A stretch of 60,638 bases of DNA from an uncultured Planctomycetota bacterium (lineage in GTDB: Bacteria > Planctomycetota > CAYMFW01). Both the position numbers and the translations under genes were made by a program. Positions within the stretch are counted from its first letter, which is position 1; every line of letters begins with the position of its first letter. Shown piece after piece: positions 60,101 through 60,638 of this stretch. The notes under the pieces are model-generated. The model worked only from the letters and a program-made list of their open reading frames with translations. It searched no databases and was not told where the DNA came from. The stretch is taken from NCBI GenBank assembly GCA_964389785.1, contig CAYMFW010000001.1, positions 10,806-71,443 on the forward strand, given 5' to 3'.

Positions 60101-60573
60101 CTGCCGTTCGAATGGACCTTCGCGTTTTCTCCCAGGGTGAAGTGCGCGGCGTTGATCGTCACCCCTTCACCGGTCGTGTCGCCCGTCTCGAGGCCGCTCA
60201 GAACGAGCGTTCCTCCGTTCAGCGTAACGCTGCCGGAGACCGTCAGCGTCTGTGCCGGGCCTTCCGCGAAGTTCGCGGCGAACGTGATGGTTCCGGAGTA
60301 GCCCGGCTGCGCTGTTACGGATGCGAGGTTCTGCGGCACGTCACCGGCCGCAGCGTTGCAGTCGTAGCTGTAGTCGGGCTTGAATACGACCGCGTCGCCC
60401 GCCTCGGGCAGCCGTCCCAGGTGCCAGTTCGTCGTGGTCGACCAGCTGCCGTCACCGTTCCCGCTGTTGTTGGTCCAGACGATCTCGGCCCCGTAACACT
60501 GGCAGACCACCCCCCAGAACACCGCCGCGACGGCTATAACGAGCAGCCGGCGATTGCTGTTCTCCATACTCAT
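42169..60573 (-). CDS. Giant (6134 aa) secreted repeat surface protein/adhesin: seven Gly-rich modules, four DUF2341-type inserts (one with LamG), Big_9/cadherin-like, PKD, four Ig/Big_5 pairs, C-terminal GGGGGCF motif
   Basis: Single uninterrupted ORF with a signal peptide. Repeated WxxxxNW and GGAHGG..YG..PVTLGSGG..GGGAI units, DVRFT..LDYW..FWVEV..YYGK (DUF2341), WYHLAGVYDG..FDGQLDELR (LamG), YSWDFGDG (PKD) and DYSWSF (Big_5). Confidence 0.9.
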   Translation of the reverse strand: MSMENSNRRLLVIAVAAVFWGVVCQCYGAEIVWTNNSGNGDGSWSTTTNWHLGRLPEAGDAVVFKPDYSYDCNAAAGDVPQNLASVTAQPGYSGTITFAANFAEGPAQTLTVSGSVTLNGGTLVLSGLETGDTTGEGVTINAAHFTLGENAKVHSNGRGFSATRGPGGGGAGEAGAHGGQGGGNADPLYGSATVPVTLGSGGADTAGGGALKINVAVGTITIDGAVSCNGQMGNWMSGWSWRKRHVIAGSAGAGANYQVKLDVHRSSGVDSGEGVYLRAKCLADFGDVRFTAADGVTLLDYWLESVKGNDAVFWVEVADDLGSDQAIYIYYGKAGAATTSNGDDTFILFDDFSAQNNDKFTYASTSMDFSVSGGTLSIWSDGSWASMYSIQTFADGEKFAARTRYKTTGINWWFQNCLDDTSSGEQCFRICDDNKDPHGFHIQYNDGTPGGDSGDKDLDTIVLEDSNIWYINENRKTATTTFEAVFWSDAGSLLGSQQLTQPGFAGRSWTWRAGLYKPAVCMYDWIAFRKCLAAEPSPDRWSAEEAEFGGTDYDTGAGGSIYFICGTLAGGGLIEAVGGTAMSNGQGGAGGRIAASYATCTFVGITDVSGGPGGLGTGEAGSVTPGNLDLADHAQTQAPNAFGGADPLMLYRFRLQTDTNSGGAFESIEVTRLIFDLSDICYVDAGDITSVKVYADANFDGSVDGGDVEMTASTVDVVIAGAAGTITMDFAGGAFVVDGTVQRRDFMLQADVASVEAGDKLAIDLAAADTNIIAAGEITGTTAVTDNAANAVGFAELAGSSTGVTHEIAPVTNAWLSTGIFPCDGDWSNADNWSLGHAPLLGEAVVFDDTSTEDCTAAAGAVAQEMASLTVTSDYTGTITFEMNFAEGPSQTLAVKRDVILNGGTLILTGRAIDAVTGEGVTINAGDITVGAAAVVHCDGTGFAAGQGPGAGGTDKGGAHGGRGGGPNTALYGAATAPVTLGSGGEDSAGGGAIKLNASGTLTVDGTIRADGAPASPGWFSGWLYRKRHTVTGADGAGTGYQVKLIVHRGAGADAGEDVYLNGKCRTDFGDVRFADAGGVAELDYWMEEMVDSDYAVFWIEVTADLGSDRDIHVCYGKGDAATTSDGSATFSFFDDFETDTSGDYTWTTVDTKSPANSHYWNESEELLEVISGDNDRESAYRSVALPSSGSATIVMTKMKDYPSDNQQDLYLRQDADNYYRFCFQGSGYSAQGVYKVVAAATTDSSTEAGTVNTDGQQYTIVTYWTPDNLKLDIDGSTRKDIATVDTTALVPASFEFDTFQLDFDWELIYIRKYVAAEPAHGAWVAEETEPAADNDSGAGGSIYLTCDALAGSGTVRAAGGSGASAANGGGGGRVCMSYGTSTFTGTASAPGGAGGAAGGEAGSVAPCNLRVTDHTAAQVTDAFAGAGDYDDAVLFRFNLGTDGNTDDKAFENMEITGLEFDLSSVTGISAGEITDIKLYRDKDGSGTVNGGDVLVAVSGSPVVDITATDGTITFEFDPDALLLDDTAAQDDFLLVMDVSSIAAGDRLTLDLNAADAKIVAAGKSLAETVNTANAVGAVGFAELSGATTGVQHSVPGTFIWTNNDSAGDGNWSTPSNWDLDAVPIAGDAVVFSAAYDYDCNAPAGSVAQNLASLTMQAGYTSTVAFADYFAEGSLQELTVTGTVAIQGGTLALGTISYAGKPVPADPITINAASFTVDAGAMVDARYRGYPYHSGPGARGTYYGGGAHGGRGGANNKVGYGSKKSPETPGSGGDNPAYGGGGTVKINVGAGTITVDGTIISDGLSDIGSWSSDAGTSGGSIYLIADTVTGTGTLQANGGDGTCGAGGGGRIAAECTTFTFAGKCSVAGGDSINCDSYDGRPGSVYLPSDIDLIVKNGDVVSLAAGGYTFGDVTVQSGGTLFCHSGYDGFGDTDVDTDTESIALSVCGILETGDPVYFTGTDLPDPLVADTDYYVYKLSDNVYTIHTNATDASTGANPVDLADVGSGTRRVIVGCRITASNLMVESGGLLYADSDGFMAESGPGSHTDNSTGPSHGGYGMYGNGGTHNYVSMVPYGDPDAPVTLGSGGRAGSYNTEGGYQWGGGAVKIDVGAGTVTVDGIVRSNGDHHYYYIGGTGGSVWITCGNFAGAGLVQANGGDTDGPGYGQPSGGRVAVAWSVGTTYTGDFDVRGGRYGDVWEGQPGTLSLPDGADLTVRADRKVGLAPGSHTLGDVTVQSEGVLFFHGESASGTGCELTATSVTVESDGEISAYASGYATGAGDGASTSGASHGGRGAGAVAAYGDVTAPVTLGSGGKAGSNGSYYGGGAIRINVPGGAVTIDGTVSANGYGTAAGGAGGSVYVVCGALSGSGTIEANGGTAGGGGRIALDYITCTFTGTTGAAGNEVGSVLPGSLSLDEHTAAQAGNAFAGAGDHDDIQVYRFKLQSGTNTDDGAFEEIEISQLVFDLTEVDGIIDTQFADVHLYQDDGDGVVDAEIANIGWTVSDLSGGTGTLTMDFGAGVLVLDDDRMTSQNTTYPDFILQTDVTGVVLGDRMKVRLNAVDSRVTATGTTLGEAVTTANDGIGFAALTGTVTAVTHDSDAGTNVWSSAGDTNWNVDGNWSLGWAPKTGEAVVFDATSSVACNAAADTVAQNLASITVASTYGGTITFDANFGYNGAGGTQALAVKRSVTINGGTLVVTGDAGADTGVTFTCAGTGSTPFFTVGSGGILHSNALGYGAGVGTGGGAAGEGGSHAGRGGGVVADKTYGSATAPVTLGSGGQQGAGGGAVRISVPTGTVTVSGTLSVNGETNGNSGAGGSIYIECDTLAGDGLLEAKGGGGGGGASGGAGGRIALSYSSCSFTGSTDISGGAGTGSDGEAGSVVPGSLRIAEHTLTQLSDAFAAEGGYNDTILYLFKLRTDGSTDDEAFESMDVTKLVFDLGAVSGVAAGEITDLKLYRDKDGSGTVTGGDLLVIPKGGFPTVSIDGDTGNITYEFDPGDLLLDDTAGSDDFFLMADVASVATGDRLAIGLNSLDSRITGTGGSLGKIASASNSSGFAELSGTVEGVTHVVETGGPLVWTNGSGNGDWSDPGNWNIGRVPQAGDDVTFDSTSTGNCTAGAGAVPQNLASLTIASGYGGTITFGSNFAEGPSQTLAVTGGVTLNDGTLILSSREIDDTTGEGATINAANFVVGSNAILHADGRGFSATKGPGAGAVGEGGAHGGEGANNADATYGSGTVPVTLGSGGADTAGGGAIKLNATGAITVDGMVRSNGGSGVDWWYDSDWTCRKKIVIDSAKVDDDLTNFPALVHLASDAGLAADAQADGDDILFTSSDGTTKLSHEIREYVSGTGELAAWVLVPGLSASADTEIYMYYGNAGSSDQRDAAGVWAVDFGGVWHFEESPPPTAGDTTANNNNGAVSGDMSSDDRVAGKVGWAWDFDGADDYADVPDSGTLESMAQLTVSAWVRPDVLLQYLCFPMIKEGAYRLNISPDGAAHFVVRTSNNGWYTAGTRANADAGSISAGTWYHLAGVYDGQYVKFYIDGELIDTGTQAVSGTIYNNGDSLRFAHKLATSGGSFYSWFDGQLDELRVASAGRSAGWVKTEYSNQSSPLTFVSTGPEETFSSGSGTGDDLDTGAGGSLLLVCSSLAGSGRIESQGGTTAANGNAGGGGRIAIDCTTSTFTGTTDATGGTGGLGNGEAGSVAPGSLDLADHVQTQAPNAFGGANPLMLYRFRLQTDTNSGGAFESMEVTRLIFDLSDVYYVDAVDITNVKVYADANFDGSVDGGDVEMVSSAVDVSIAGDTGAVTIDFAAGDFVVDGTAQRQDFILRADVASVEAGDELTIDLAATDTKVITAGAVIGTTATTANAAAGIGFAELAGSTTGVTHQMASVTNTWQSVGDTNWSVDGNWSAGHAPVAGEEVVFDVTSSVDCTAAAGTVAQDLTSLTVTSDYTGTITFQANFAAGPSQTLTVKRDVTLNGGTLVLTGDTAGQEGVTINAEDITVGAAAVVHCDGTGFAAGQGPGAGGTGQGGAHGGRGGGGNTMLYGAVVAPVTLGSGGDDSAGGGAVKLNASDTLTVDGTIRADGAPSSLTWLSGFGFRKGHTVTGAAEAGTNYQVTLTVHYGTAADAGGDVYLDDKCRTDFEDIRFTDAGGAAELDYWMAEMVDSDHAVFWVEVSADLGSDQDIHVYYGKADASTTSSGENTFLFFDDASGTYADNWTTVQGGASYGTVGGRQAIYLSSSTTNIRTATFQYDGPMAIEADLYATALITAIQYYQDSTPATNERYHARLDVRGGEKEGILRDGAFTGSQTDVFGSTNTWISCLITRDQNADHKWYAGGALGDTRLADSTYTSGYLALNHHNSGTGGADDVRVRKFVSPEPGHGAWNAEETDPSSANDTGSGGSVYITCATLAGSGSMQARGGGAGAAANGGGGGRICMSYGTSTFTGSADASGGAGGAADGEEGSVAPGSLELAAHTAGQVGDAFTVPADYGDTALLRFRLQTDGNTDDRAFEDVQITRLVFDLTGVSGLSNLDISDVRILQDDGDGVSDGEIASSGWVVSDLSGGSGTLTVDFAPGAFVLDDDRMKNAGGKYPDIILQADVIGVAHGDGLTVTLDAADSSVTAAGTSLAIPVNAANAANAVGFAELRGTSVTATHRIVQNIWTNDDGDGDNSWSTAANWSLLRVPVAGDAITFSALYDYDCNASVGEVPQDLHSITVEAAYTSTITFDANFTEDNSQELTVAGDVVLGNGTMVLTSEIVDADSAVGATLIAENITVGQDAVLSADGRGFPAGSGPGAGEVGEGGTHGGRGGNNPDAAYGVPTAPGTCGSGGGTGAGGGAMRLIASTGTITVDGMVSASGEAEIDGGAGGSIYIDCDTFAGAGDLKAEGGAGTNGGAGGRILVKYASSSFGGTTSAAGGTGSSNSGEAGSVTPGNLAVADHTLNQVTNAFTAAGDYTDAGLYRFRLTTSGNTDSPAFEIVTVTRLEFELSGVNGIANTEITNVQVFRDVNNDGAVDGGDVEVVSSNVTISDLSGGTGTITVDFAGFSFLVNNGADGVNFMLEADVAAVAGADAVTVTLNGTDATVDATGIVLSTAVSTANASGFAALSGGTIAVTHEISNVAPVAQNDSYEVDEDNALNVAAPGVLSNDSDADPGDTLKAVKVDDPQHGTVDLADDGSFTYTPTLNYHGEDTFTYRATDSKTPSNLATVTITVNPVNDAPVATAAANPLSGDAPLTVQFTGTGTDVDLDDLSYSWDFGDGNSLDEQNPSHEYTVAGIYTATLTVSDGTLTDTDTVQITVTEPSLAPVLDSILLKDRTSGSEDYTNELTVTIEISASGPAATEMRFADTEGGLAAAAWQAYQASSEQALSAGEGMKTLWCELKNAAGSSNTASDTIVCDMTAPSVTITAPQNAAVDQAVDVTITATFNDDMISADFDAATCTVSGTLGGAYTCTPSYDAGTKTVTLSLGSVLVEEETVTVTIGGTVCDKAGNPMGADYSWSFDTTAPPNPPTLQAIVLRDRDSDSVEYSNELAVKVELTAANDPREMRFAETDAALAVAPWQTYAQTSEQTLSAGDGIRTLYCQLGNGRGESASLSDDIEVDTVAPVVLSVLPANNATDQPIDAGVCVEFIEDMAAADFTAATCTITGSISGAIATNPSYDAGTRTVAFGATAQFSYGETVTATAAAAVGDLAGNTLGTAYSWQFSITSEPGPPVIQSMTLRDRSSGDTAYSNERTVVAALVAAGGPTHMRFARTEAMLLSAPWRDYAQTSEQMLGMDEGEQRLWCELKNDYGTGSSATDTIIIDSIAPVVVSVIPSDGAFAQSVDAVIVVEFDDDMLESDFTNATVLVEGLVSGSHVTYPTYQDGMLVFNQAGSFAYGETVQCTVESSVRDKAENALGSDYTWNFPISTEDTPPVVASVTVMDRTSGSVDYTNEVDVIVNVLVSGSPWEIRVAGSEADLELAAWQSFASSFSHTLDTADGEKTVWVQARNVIGEGEPLSGTIVLDTTAPSVSSVVPPDGMTGIMPDAVIKIVMSEPMSPLLAGSVRVTGSSSGRHIITVEYDSETSEIVLHRETDFSAGEDVTCSFDMTVIDQARNVFSTSVSWSFTVLGSSPAGGGSGGGGGCFVKTASLPVSGAASAR

Positions 60574-60638
60574 AACCCAATCAAGTCCTTTCCGAATAAC
60601 ATTTTAGGGCTGATTCCTCTCGGGTAGGCATATCCTCA

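Noticed and set aside
42250-60490. Possible CRISPR array or short tandem DNA repeats
   Set aside because: The repeats are long, degenerate and protein-coding. No fixed repeat-spacer periodicity and no cas genes.

Overview
High-GC bacterial DNA (roughly two-thirds G+C by eye). The gene content points to a PVC-superphylum organism, most likely a planctomycete (inference): prepilin-type/DUF1559-like proteins, HEAT-repeat proteins, a large PQQ-propeller/TPR protein and a Cys-type sulfatase. Bases 1-42 kb are a glycan-catabolism region. It holds amidohydrolases, an MFS transporter, GH20, an M14 deacylase, a sulfatase, a PL26/YetA-like protein, WbsX/GH99-like, GH29, DUF4185, GH38, a GH123-like protein, a lactate permease and two AraC regulators. 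I see no SusC/D, TonB or ABC uptake genes. Embedded in it are three paralogous pilin-like proteins and two paralogous secreted HEAT-repeat proteins. Bases 42-60.6 kb encode one 6,134-aa secreted surface protein built from seven large repeat modules. Four modules carry different DUF2341-type 'cargo' domains inserted at the same loop, and the protein ends in Ig-like repeats and a GGGGGCF sorting-like motif. Non-coding highlights: a ~148-bp inverted, diverged copy of a bidirectional promoter/operator cassette; a ~120-nt rod-like hairpin; two apparently leaderless genes; a C11 tract between tandem pilin-like genes; and an internally deleted URO-D-family remnant. No rRNA, tRNA, CRISPR, transposase, integrase or reverse transcriptase was recognised. 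All family calls come from motif recognition by eye, not database searches.
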